Shown here one piece after another: positions 29,701 to 41,895 of a stretch of DNA of 64,000 nucleotides (its first letter is position 1; every line of letters begins with the position of its first letter). This DNA is from Octopus vulgaris (taxonomy: Eukaryota), in NCBI GenBank assembly GCA_951406725.2, contig OX597818.1:32488001-32552000 (forward strand). Reading direction: 5' to 3'. Position numbers and translations under genes: made by a program. The notes beneath the pieces are model-generated. The model was not told the DNA's origin. It did no database searches and was given only the letters and a program-made list of their open reading frames with translations.

Positions 29701-31114
29701 TCCTCAGCTACGAAAAGCATTAGAAATGATTTCCGAAAGTACATCATTCTCTTCAACTCTTCCTATTGTATGATCATAACACTTTCTTTTGTTAATAATT
29801 CATAACATTCGCATAATTTTCAGTAATATGAAAGACTGCTATGTATGTAAGCGTATTCTTTCTTAGCTAAAGCTGCGCAGTCAGAAATACGTTGCAATCA
29901 ACCAACCTTCGCGTGTTTGCAGTTATTTAACGAGTTCTGTACGATTACATTCTTTTGGTAGTCTCTATTTGCAAAGCTCTTGATTCTATACCGCAATCCA
30001 GAATCGTTCTATACATCTTTGAGTCGTGCACTTCTCAGCCAGAAATTTTTTTATTTTTTTCCATTCTGTTGAGTAATTTTCTTTTTTTCAGGTACTAGCC
30101 ATATAGGAATTTTCACGCCATTGTTTTAGCATGTATTGTGTAGTCCCACTTTAAGTAATATTTTGACGTTTTGTAATTTCAATTGTTATTTTCCCATTAT
30201 TCTCGCAACTGTCAATTCCTAACGCTCTTCTTTTAGTTTTGTTGGCTTCATTCAACACAAAGGAGATTCTCTTCGGTTAGTCTGTTTTGTAGCTATTTAT
30301 ATTGTTTCCTTGCTCGTAACAAAAGAATATTTATAACTCCACAGTGGATATTTTATCGAAGATTTTCAATTGCATTAGAACATACCTTTCTATGTTCGTG
30401 GTAAATAGGATCGTTCTGGAAAAAGATTTTGAGTAATGTGACATAAATGCGCTCATTTAAAAAAATTCTCTGTCTAGTTTTATTGCTAATCATTATATAT
30501 AATATTATTTCAAAATATAATAGAATATTGTATTGGAACTATATAAAAATATATAATTTTATTACTAGTTCAACTAGCGTATTAGTGCCTGTCACTTCAT
30601 ACAATTTACATTTAAATCCTGTTTAAATCCTCCTTAAATATTTTTAAAAATTTTTGCGAGTTGTATTGTCTCGTTCAATAATTACCAAGTATTATTAACA
30701 GTTGTCTGTATTGTATTACTTATAAAAGTCTGAGTCTGTTTGAACTTTCTTAACTTTGTGTATCAAAGCTAATTATTACTAGTTTTAGTTAAATGAATTT
30801 AATCTATTTTCAAAGTTGTCCCTGCTCATTTTTCAAATTCGATACTCACATAAACTTCTTTAGCAACTCTGTGTTCTGTTTGCAGTGATGTTTTTAGTTG
30901 TTTAAGATCTATAGCGTACAAATTGAGATCTTCCAATTAGAAAAAAGATGTTTGTATCAATCCACGGTATTGTATCTGGATTCCGTTTGGTTTAGCATTT
31001 TGCTTTAAAATGTAAGCAATATATAGAAATCTAGTGATGGGTAAGTGCGATGACTTTCTCGAGAAAGCCCTAGACGTCGACAGGGATAAATTATCTGGTT
31101 TGTTTTGGAGGACC

Positions 31115-31752
31115 TGCACTGGGCTGAATTTATTAATACAGATTCTTTACTCCTAAACATAACATTTTAAAGATATTGTTCACGCTCTTTTTATTCTGAC
31201 GTCAAATCCCGTCGTGGTAACATTTGCCTTTTCATCCCCCACCCAAGAGTCGATAATATTAGGTACCAGTAATGTAATGGTGTAAATCAACTAAACACTT
31301 TCTCGAAATTATTGATCTTACGCCTCAAAGAGATATTGTCGTTATCAACAGAAGGAGAGTAAAATAAATTTTAATTTTTGATATTTTATCATAGCTATTG
31401 TTGCTATATTTCCCCCCCTATTTTGTCAACTCTTGTTATTCGATCCCGTCGTAAATATATCAGATTCGTTTATCGTCCACCATCTTTCTTGCATATTTCG
31501 TTTCTTAGTCGCCATATTGAATTAATATTGACGGTAAATGATATTACGTGAGCTGCTCTGTAGGCGACAATAACCTTCCCGAAAATGTCCCTCTCTGCCA
31601 CCATTTGCTAACGAGACAAGGATTTAGTTGCAATGTTTAGGGCCTCAGCCTAGTTAATTACCCATAGGTCAAGGAAATGACCTTCCTCCTTGCACTGGGC
31701 TGAATTTATTAATACAGATTCTTTACTCCTAAACATAACATTTTAAAGATAT
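31115..31752 (+). repeat. 62-bp perfect direct repeat (31115-31176 and 31691-31752)
   Basis: tgcactgggctgaatttattaatacagattctttactcctaaacataacattttaaagatat occurs twice. Confidence 0.95.
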
Positions 31753-32582
31753 CCCTGACACCTATTTTATATTATTTTGTTGATAATATGTATCAGTATT
31801 TTTGTTTTCTGAGTTTTTTTCTTTTTGCGTGGCGCCAGTCCCGTTTCTGCAGTCTAATCAGAAAGAGGAGATAAGCATTAGAAAAAACAGAATGTGAGAG
31901 ATGGAAGTGGGAGAACTTAAGAGGAGGATGAAGAGAGAGAGAGAGAGAGAGAGAGTGATTAAGAAGAAATACGAACAACGAGAAAGATTTGCATGCGCGC
32001 GCGCGTATCTGAATGAGTGATCTGTTTTCTTTAGAACTTAATTCAGGCTTAATTCCGTCATTCCAACTCGAGAAAGTCCTTTCCCCTCGAGAAAGTCCCC
32101 ACCTATCTCGTTACTTTCTCTTTTTACTCCCTTCACAGAATATTTTGATTCCGCTAACAGAAGACATACTTTTCACCGAATTCCTCGATTGATTGGCACA
32201 CCATGCTGAGAACGACCGTAAAATATGTTTATGTAACCTCATCAACATTTCAAGACTAAAACACTTGCATGCAAGGAATTAGTGCTGAATGATTAAACAG
32301 CTAGGGTCGTCAGACAGTGACCAAGTTTGAAGTGTATCATTTGCGAATAATTCCCTTGCTTACAGCTATGCACTACATATTTAATATGATAAAGACTTCA
32401 AACGTAATGACTTCCTTAGATTAATAGATAACTGAAAAAGAAAACCTGTGGCATTCATGCCTCCACCGAAGACAATAGTTATCATATAGTATTATTGAAA
32501 TCTGTTTGCTGGGTAGATTCAACTCAGATGCTGTTGTAGACCTGGACTTAACATTTCACTTTGCAAGAACAGTATTTTCTTA

Positions 32583-32780
32583 AGGTGATGAACTGGCAGA
32601 ATCATTAGCACGCCGGGCAAAATACTTCAGAGCATTTCGTCCATTCTGCCACGGTAGACTTTGCCTTTCATCCTTTCGGAGTCGATCAAATATGTAGTAG
32701 TTGAACACTAGGGTCGATGTAACCGACTTACTTCCTCTTCCGAAATTGCTGTCCTTATCCGAAAATTTGGAACCAATAAT
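32583..32780 (+). mobile_element. Older SINE family A copy
   Basis: actggcagaatcattagcacgccgggcaaaat...ctttgcctttcatcctttcggagtcgat. Confidence 0.8.
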
Positions 32781-32889
32781 AGTATTTTTTCGATAGGCTG
32801 CAGAAGAGGTTTTGAGTCGATGGAACTGAGGTGCGGTGATGCTATTACAGTTCCATGAGTGTATCAGTCCAACAGAAATAACGTAAAAT

Positions 32890-33303
32890 GGCGGCGAGCT
32901 GGCAGAATCGTTAGCACACCGGGCGAAATGCTTAGCGGTATTTCGTCTGCCGTTACGTTCTGAGATCAAATTCCGTCGAGGTCGACTTTGCCTTTCATCC
33001 TTTCGGGGTCGATAAATTAAGTACCAGTTACGCACTGGGGTCGATGTAATCGACTTAATCCGTTTGTCTGTCCTTGTTCGATCCCTCTGTGTTTAGCCCC
33101 TTGTGGGTAGTAAAGAAATAGGTATTTTGTCTGCCGTTACGTTCTGAGTTCAAATTCCGTCGAGGTTGACTTTGCCTTTCATCCTTTCGGGATCGATAAA
33201 TAAAGTACCAGTTTCGCACTGGGGTCGATGTAATCGACTTAATCCCTTTGTCCTTGTTTGTTCCCTCTATGTTTAGCCCCTTGTGGGCAATAAAGAAATA
33301 AGT
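32890..33303 (+). mobile_element. SINE family A head-to-tail dimer
   Basis: Head plus two body units of about 185 bp. Junction aaagaaata|ggtattt at about 33112-33127. TSD-like aataacgtaa on both sides. Confidence 0.9.
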
Positions 33304-34194
33304 AATAACGTAATTTGTTCGAATTGAAACGGAAAATGTGAATCGCTATCCCTTCCGAGAAGTGTCTCTCTGCGGTTGCTATACCTTTTAAGAGTACGAC
33401 CAAGTATCATTAAAACATGAGACCAGGGACAATGTAATTCTGGACACACATACACACATACACACACACACACGCACATACGCACACACGCACACACACA
33501 CACGCACACACAAAGGAGTGGCAGAATTAGTTATGTTTAGATCCCCTTTAATCGTGTGTCTCTCTGAGTAAGGCAGATGGCGTGAGGTTTCAACAAAAAT
33601 GTGATCATCAGCAACAAGAACATCAACAAATAGTGAAACAGTAACATACGAGATCTCCAACTGTTTTTGCTATGTATTTAGTTCTGTTTGTGCCAGAAAC
33701 CATATTATTTACCAGTTTGTGCTATGGAAACAATGTAACATGCAAGTAATTAGCTGAGGATAAGCCGTAATATCTCTAGCTGAAGAATTAACTAAGAAAA
33801 CGGTGATGGGGCTAGCTGTTTATTTAAATACAGCTAATTTACTCAGAGGTTTCTATATATATATATATACACACACTCGCATAAAAGCACACAAAATATT
33901 TCACAAATATTCTCTAATTATTACTGTTGTTCTTACTGCTACTGTTTAAACCAGGTCTGCCCTAGTCGAGCAAACTGTGATTAAAAGTATTCTCGTCGAA
34001 ACGACGCCAGATAAAATTGTTCAAGACTACATTATCATTATTCAATGTGCTTTTATTTTGTTATTGTTTCAAATTTAAAACACAATGTTACTTGAGAGAG
34101 TTATGACAGTTGATTCTAGTTGTTTCTCAAATCTTAAGCTACTTCGTAATTCGGAGACAGGAAATTCGTTCACAAAACTTGTAGTTTCAAACCA

Positions 34195-34470
34195 TGTTCC
34201 TTCTCGAGGCATGTCTGGCTCATAAGGGCCGGTTTCCCGGTTTCTTGGTGTATAGGTTCCCCACCTAGACGGGACGCAAGATGCAGGAGGAAAGTGTGAG
34301 AGAAAGTTGTGGCGAAAGAGTCAGCAGAAGTTCGCCATTACCTTCTGCCGGAGCCGCGTGGAGCTTAGATGTTTCGCTCATAAACACACACATTGCCCGG
34401 TCTAAGATTTGAACCTACGATCCCTCGACCGCGAGCCCGCTGCTCTAACCACTTGGCTATGTGCCTCCAC
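34195..34470 (-). mobile_element. tRNA-derived SINE, family D (3' tail related to family C)
   Basis: Reverse-complement head gtggaggcacatagccaagtggttagagcagcggg...gttcaaatc. 13-bp TSD tagtttcaaacca at 34182-34194 and 34471-34483. Confidence 0.88.
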
Positions 34471-34861
34471 TAGTTTCAAACCAATGTAAGTATATTAGAA
34501 AATTCAGTATTAGAGAAAATTTTAACGCACAAACTAGTAGACACTGATACCAAAAAACCCCACCTCCAAATTCTCCAGCAAAAACACTGAATGGGATCAG
34601 TCTGATGTTTAGGCAAATTCAAATTTTCACTGCCTACCTAAAGGATTCGTAAATACAAAACAAACATCTACTGATTTGGATATAAATTTAGCATCGGATA
34701 TACTTACTTTAATCGATGATCCCACTTTGTGGTCGTTAATCTACATTTTGGTCTTCGAAATGAATGCAGTGGCAATTCGTCAAAACTTTATTATAGACCT
34801 GTATAAGAAAATGAATTCAGTATCGTCAAAACACATAAAAAGTGACCTACTGCACATATTG

Positions 34862-35070
34862 ATTTCAAATTTTGGCACAAGGCCAGCAGTTTCGGGGGGA
34901 GAGGCTAAGTCGAGTATATAAACTCTAGGACTCAACTGGTACTTATCGACCCTCGAAAGAGATGAATGGCACAGTCGACCCCCGCGGAATTTTGAACTCA
35001 GAACGTAAAGACGGACGAAACGCAACTATACATTTCGACCGGCGTACTAGCAATTCTGCCTGCTCGCCAC
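34862..35070 (-). mobile_element. SINE family A (older subtype)
   Basis: tttcaaattttggcacaaggccagc...gaactcagaacgtaaagacggacgaa...ttctgcctgctcgcc. Confidence 0.8.
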
Positions 35071-35432
35071 TTTTTAGAAACTACTACCCACATGCAGCAG
35101 GTACATTTCTTTGAGGTTTGAGCATTGCATAGCCAATAAAATTAGCATTAACATTTTCAATGGAGAAAGTATACAACAAGTTAACTAGAAATTTTCATGC
35201 TGTGGGGAATGAATACACTGAGTAATGACTAAAGGTTTCTTTTAAAAATCATTCCAGAAAGTACAGGAAAGCGCGGCGAACATGTTTCAGTCATATTGTA
35301 ACCTCATTAGCAAGGAATGGAATTAATGTTTAACAATCCAGATTTATTTCTAATCTGTAATGATTTGCAATGAGATGTTTTTGTTAGTTTTGTTTAATCA
35401 GGACTGGCGAGTTTTTAACCAACTTGCATTCA

Positions 35433-35501
<69 letters not shown>

Positions 35502-36008
35502 TTATGATTTCATCGTACATTGTATTTTCCTTTTCTAAGACGGTAAGCTGATCTGAACGAGATTTGACTGCTTTTGACTCGGGATCCCCAAAGAAGCTTT
35601 ACGCATTATTAAATTTTACAAAACCGAAACTAGTGATATTTTCTTACTGATAATAACTCTGATTAATTGTATTACCTAATTTATAGACTGCTTACCATGA
35701 CATCTAACCTCAGCCTTATCTGAAACTACAACTTTAAGCCTTGTCTTAATTATACGTCCCGCAAAATGCCCACCGCTTCATTTACTCGCCTTCTTGCACA
35801 GACACACTTTAAACAACAGTTTATCTTTCGAAATATCTACTCACTCCTTCACTGTGTCTCTCGCCCTCTCTCTTTCTGTCTCCTCCTTGTCTCTTTCTCT
35901 CTCTCTCTGCATATATATATATATGTATATACATACATATATATATATATACATACATACATACATACATATATATATATACATACATACATACATATAT
36001 ATATATAC

Positions 36009-36064
<56 letters not shown>

Positions 36065-37543
36065 CCTCCCAGTAACTTACAACTTACAGTAGTTTCTTCC
36101 ATGTATATCAACGTGTGTATGTGTGTGTATGTGTGAGAAAGCTTGATCGTTTGCACTTCTGTGCTTTTATATGTGTATAGAAATATGCGTAAGGATGTGC
36201 GTGCTTTTTACGAATATTTTATAAGGATGTACGTATAACAAACTTCAGCTAGATTCGTTTAGCTAACAGCAGCTAAATATGTAGTTCCTTTTAATTAAGT
36301 TATCTTTTTAGGTCGAAATGAAGATTACAAGTTAAAAAAAAGTAAATAAATATCAAAGGCAAGGGGGTAGAAATGCAATGCCTACATTAAAAAACAAAAT
36401 CTCGGGTTGCAAGCAATAAAATAAAGAAATTAAGCGATAAAGTAAAATACCCTTGTTATAAGGTGGGGCTTAATCGGTGAAAATGACTAATGTTATAAAG
36501 CGTATAAATGGGTCTTTTGTATACGTATTCCAGCATTTGCAGTTGTTGTTGTTGTTGTTTGTTAATGTTTTGCTGCCGAGTGTTAAAAAAGACTATACTA
36601 AGACATTCCAACCACGACCATCCTAACTTTCCATTCAGTCTTATCAATGGTTCCTTTTCCCAATTTGTTGTTTGGTGTTTGATGTTGTTAGAATGTGATT
36701 TATTTGCATGCCATTTGTTGAGGTTAAGTACTGCTATATCTAGCACGTAGAGCAACCACGTAGAGGCTGATGTTAATCTAGTTACAGTCATTGCTATCGT
36801 TACTGTTATTTCTGTATCTCATACTACTGTACTATTGTTATCGATTTGAAATCTGAGACAAATTTGTTCTCTATATACATATAAGGAAACACAAAGTCAA
36901 GCGAAAAAAAAATAAATCTAAAATTGTTAATGAGAATCTGAATCAATTATTCATATTATTGATTTACTAATTGGTCGGGGTTTATTTTTGCATATTTTCT
37001 TTAAGATAAAGTTCAATTTTAGTTTAATGATCTGCACAACACTTGTATCAACAATGAGACAAAGTAGGAGAGCTTAATTTATGAAAATTAAAAGCAGTAA
37101 AGCTACCATGCAATAAATTCGCGGCTATAACCATATTTAATGACTGACTGTTTGATATTTTGGCTTCCATTTTCAGCTGGAAATATCCAAAACTGAAAAA
37201 TTAAACCCCTTTACTGTCCTCAACTATTAGTGACACTTGTATTTTGCCAACGTTTGGTTTTAAAGAAAACTAGAATCAAATCACTTTGTTAACCGATGTC
37301 GTAGTTCGTATATTTTCATGACATGTCAAATTGATAGTTCAGAACGTATAAAACTGCACAATTGTCAATTTGTGGCCATTTTATTGACGTTCAACCACGC
37401 CATGCTTCACTTTTTTAATTGACCTTTAGATGATTTTGCTAAGTCTCAGAGGAATGTTGCATTTTTTCCTACAGAAAAAAAGTGCCTTGAATTTGTGCCT
37501 GGTCATTTGTACGGTTCTGCACATTAAATATGTAATAGTATGA

Positions 37544-37705
37544 GGCACAGGAGTGGCTGTGTGGTAAGTAGCTTGATTACCAACCACATGGTTCCGGGTT
37601 CAGTCCCACTGCGTGGCACCTTGGGCAAGTGTCTTCTACTATAGCCACGGGCCGACCAAAGCCTTGTGAGTGGATTTGGTAGAGGGAAACTCAAAGAAAC
37701 CCGAC

Positions 37706-37748
<43 letters not shown>

Positions 37749-37970
37749 TGCGTGTGTATATGTTTGTGTCTGTGTTTGTGCCCCCAACATCGCTTGACAA
37801 ACGATGCTGGTATGTTTACGTCCTCGTCACTTAGCGGTTCGGCAAAAGAGACCGATAGGATAAGTACTAGGCTTACAAAGAATAAGTTCTGGGGTCAATT
37901 TGTTCGACTCAAGGCGGTGCTCCAGCGTGGCCAAAGTCACATGACTGAAACAAGTAAAAGAGTAAAGAGT
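37544..37970 (+). mobile_element. SINE family B (full length)
   Basis: ggcacaggagtggctgtgtggtaag...accttgggcaagtgtcttct...(TA)n...gactgaaacaagtaaaagagta. Confidence 0.9.
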
Positions 37971-38035
37971 ATAGGTGCACACGCTCGTTTCACTCCTCTG
38001 GCAAGAAAGAGCAAAGAGAAAGAATGAGAAAGAGG

Positions 38036-38069
<34 letters not shown>

Positions 38070-38763
38070 TTTGTGTGTGAAAGAGAAAGTGAGAGTCGGT
38101 AAGAGAAAGAGAGAGGAGAATATGAAGTAGCTCTTCCAAATGGTAATGGGAAGCCGTCCAAAATTTCAAAATCCTTTGGCTATGAGAAAGTAGTCCAAAA
38201 TTGAAATCTATAAGCGTCACGTCATCTAACCGTGCCAGAGATTGATGGAATCTAGTCGTGACAGAAGGAAGGAAGTCTATTGAATCATACACATAGACTC
38301 TGACAGTTTTTAACTATCATCTTGAAAGTGGTCATGATTATTTTAATAGTACAGAAATTAACAAAATAAAATGCAATGGCAAGATCGTATTTCTTAATTT
38401 TTACGAAAAAGCATAAAATAACACAAAACTGTAGGTTAACGAAATAAGAAATATATACAAAAAAATTACATTTTTTTTTTATATGAAGTATAAAATTATT
38501 CTAATTTTTAATCTGAGTTGCTTGCTGTATCGGGAAAAAAAATCTTGTAGGATTTTAACGTAAGCCACATTCAAAATATAGAACGTGTCTGATGTCACTA
38601 AAGTGCGCAGTTTATCATCGAATAGTATATCCTCGTGTTTATGAAGTGTTACGTAATATTTCCTGGCATGAAACTCCCGCTTAACTGTAGATCTTTTTTA
38701 ATGGAAAAGCAGTCTGTTTCCTGTACTCACGCACACACATATATATATATTTTCGGATACGTA

Positions 38764-38822
<59 letters not shown>

Positions 38823-39109
38823 TTTTACATATGTATTTTCTGTATAAATATACGTTACAAGACGCTACATGGTCTGTCGTGAGTAGAGCCACCCCGCATT
38901 ACAATAACAATTTAAACCTCACACTAATAACAAAGACAGAGACAGGGTACATATTAAATTATGAGATATTTTGCACTTTCATTTGAAGATAACATACAAA
39001 GTGTCTGTGACATTATGTGACATCGCCATATTTTGATTAGAAAATTGTGTGTGTGTGTACTAACTCTCTATCTTCAGCTTGGTTTTCGTATCTCTCTTTA
39101 CCTAATAAA

Positions 39110-39460
39110 GACACCCTTGGGTCACGAAGAGCTATGAGATTGTGGGATTGCACCTAGAAAGTCCCCCCACCTCCGACGCACAAGTCCGGGCAAGGTTGTT
39201 TGTAGAAGACTTAGCAGTCACCCTTGCATATCAGTCTCTTCCTTATCCAGGGGACCGATGTTGCCAAGCTATATCAGTCCCTGGCGATATAGCTTGGCAG
39301 CAGTGACGTTGCAATTTATTTCTACAGCTGACTGAACTGGAGGAACGTAAAAACGAAGCGTCTTGCTCAGGAACACAACTCACAGCCCGGTCCAGGAATC
39401 GAACTCACAACCTCACCATTGTAAGCACAACTGTTCTAACTACTTAGCCATGCGGTTTCA
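39110..39460 (-). mobile_element. SINE related to family C with a different 3' tail
   Basis: tcttgctcaggaacacaac...ccggtccaggaatcgaactc (head and core, reverse complement) joined to a tail gggattgcacctagaaag...ccgggcaaggttgttt. Confidence 0.7.
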
Positions 39461-39486
39461 TTATATATTGTCATCAATATAGGGTA

Positions 39487-39875
39487 ATGGCAAAAAGTGT
39501 TCCATCAAGGATACAAATTAACGAGATAGGATTCCTACGAAGAGACCCTGAAGTAACATTATTCCGCAGAGTCCGTGGCTTGGAAATTAGTGACTATCTT
39601 GGCATTGATTGGTCACAGTTCCAGTACTACGGACATAGAATTAGAAAGTCACAAGAGACAATAGCATGACGAGTTGTTTAAGCCAACCAGCGGGAGACCT
39701 AGGAGTAGACCAGGAAGGTGGTTATTGTGTTGTATCATAAGCCTCAGTTGGTCGAACTTCGGAATTCAGCCGGAAAATCGATTATAACGGTTGCATCTGA
39801 AACGACCCTATGGAGGATTCACCTGAGGACTCTGCATTCACGACCCAACGAAGAATACTGGGTGGAAGAGATAGC
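39487..39875 (+). mobile_element. RTE-clade LINE 3'-terminal fragment (pseudogenised)
   Basis: SRIQINEIGFLRR..VTLFRRVR..EI...SQFQYYGHRIR...RPRSRP matches the post-RT C-terminal motif of RTE LINEs (RIQ..EM.FLRR...QLRW.GHV.RM...RPRGRP..RW). Contains stops and frameshifts. Confidence 0.75.
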
Positions 39876-40033
39876 TGGATGTATGTGTGTGTGTGTGTGT
39901 GTGTGTGTATACACAAACATTTATATATACAAATGTATACACTCACATATATATACATATTTATATATGTGTGTATATATATATGAATATGTATATATAC
40001 ACATGCATATATATGTATTTATATATGTAAACA

Positions 40034-40077
<44 letters not shown>

Positions 40078-40472
40078 TGCGTATATATATTAATGTGTGT
40101 ATGCTTTTGTGTATAGTATACGAATACGGTATTGCATGAAAAATCCTAGACTTTTAAGATTTCTAAAATTAAGGTTTCTACCTCCTCCTCTCAACCTCTG
40201 ATTCCTCTTTATATATTGCACACAGAAACTTATACTCGATTGCTTGTGTGAGTATAATTATTTCAGTTGTTTAACCTGAGATTTACATATTTAAATAAAA
40301 CAAATCATGTGTTTATAAGAAGTAAATAAAGAAGAGATACCAGAGAAAATAAAGTAAATATCTTTCTACCGGTTTTGGGGGTAACACTCTGTAACATCTT
40401 CATGTAATGACGAGAAAATTACGTGCTTTTCTGGATCAAACACAAGGGCGAGAGAGAAACTGCACCATATAC

Positions 40473-40595
40473 CCACTTTCGGGTCGATTAAATATGTACC
40501 AGTTACGCACTGGGGTCTATATAATCGACTTAATCCGTTTGTCTGTCCTTGTTTGTCCCCTCTATGTGTAGCCCCTTGTGGACACTAAAGAAATA
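40473..40595 (+). mobile_element. 5'-truncated SINE family A with an 18-bp TSD
   Basis: agaaactgcaccatatac at 40455-40472 and 40596-40613 flanks the 3' half of a family A copy. Confidence 0.88.
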
Positions 40596-40998
40596 AGAAA
40601 CTGCACCATATACTACGATCAAAAATTATCTATGAGATATTACAGTCACAGTGTCGTAGTGAGTGACTTATATTTTGTTAAAACAATAAGAATAGCGGCT
40701 TTTACAAATTAGTGAAAAGACCTGAGTTTATATGCGACCAGGGTCTCACAGATTTGGTAAAATAAACATGTAATTATGTCTCTCCCCTTGTTGAGTTCTA
40801 TATTAGATAATGTTTGAATTACGAAATTATATATAAACTCACACATGACTGTGTATTTGTGTGTATATGTATACACACACACACATACATATATGTTAGT
40901 GAGTGTCTCTCTCTCACTGTGTATGTACGCATGTATATACATACACACACAAATATACAGTGTGTGCCTATGCGTGCGCGTATGTGTAAAAAAATTAA

Positions 40999-41205
40999 AG
41001 GCGGTGTTCGGGTAGAATCGTTAGCACGCCGGACAAAATGTTTGGTAGCATTTAGTCCGTCTTTACGTTCTGAGTTCCGAACCGCCGAGAACCACTTTGC
41101 CTTTCATCCTTCATGAACGATAAAATAACTACCATTGAATCACTGGAGTCGGTGCAATTGACTAGCCCTCTCCCCAAAATTTTAGGTCCTGTGCTTATAA
41201 TAGAA
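40999..41205 (+). mobile_element. Older SINE family A copy
   Basis: agaatcgttagcacgccggacaaaatg...ctttgcctttcatcctt. Confidence 0.78.
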
Positions 41206-41249
41206 AGGAATATGTAAATATGATTTAAAATGCTTATATATACATACAA

Positions 41250-41895
41250 GGCGGCGACCTGAGAGAAACGTTAGCATGGTGGGCGAAACGCTTAGCGGTA
41301 TTTCGTCTGCGTTACGTTGTGAGTTCAAATTCCGCCGAGGTCGACTTTGCCTTTCATCTTTTCGGGGTCGATAAATTAAGTACCAGTTACGCACTGGGGT
41401 CGATGTAATCGACTTAATACCTATATCTGTCCTTGTTTGTCCCCTCTGTGTTTAGCTCCTTGTGGGTAATAAAGAAATAGGTATTTCGTCTGCCGTTACA
41501 TTCTGAGTTCAAATTCCGCCGAGGTCGACTTTGCCTTTCATCCTTTCGGGGTCGATAAATTAAGCACCAGATACGTACTTGGGTCGATGTAATCGACTTA
41601 ATCCGTTTGTCTGTCCTCGTCTATCCTCTCTGTGTTTAGCCCCTTGTGGGTAGTAAGTAAAGAGATAGGTATTTCGTCTGCCGTTACGTTCTGAGTTCAA
41701 ATTCCGCCGAGGTCGACTTTGCCTTTCATCTTTTCGGGGTCGATAAATTAAGCACCAGTTACGTACTGGGGTCGATGTAATCGACTTAATCCGTTTGTCT
41801 GCCCTTGTTTGTCCCCTCTATGTTTAGCCCCTTGTGGGCAATAAAGAAATAAGAATCGTCAGCACGTTGGACGAAATGCTTAGCGGTATTTCGCC
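41250..41895 (+). mobile_element. SINE family A multimer (head, three body units of about 185 bp, then a restarted head)
   Basis: ggtatttcgtctgc unit starts at about 41297, 41480 and 41668; the head restarts with agaatcgtcagcacg at about 41852. Confidence 0.92.

Noticed and set aside
28760-30400. Possible degraded LINE fragments
   Set aside because: Composition is suggestive, but no motif could be read with enough confidence to assign.
32580-33035. Recurrent ORFs 'MRNWYLIYRPRKDERQSRPRRNLNSER' (also at 17474, 41182 and 50610)
   Set aside because: Antisense translation of SINE family A, not a protein family.
41250-41895. Regularly spaced repeats resembling a CRISPR array or tRNA cluster
   Set aside because: The units are whole SINE bodies with no unique spacers; the heads are tRNA-derived but do not form complete cloverleaves; the context is eukaryotic.
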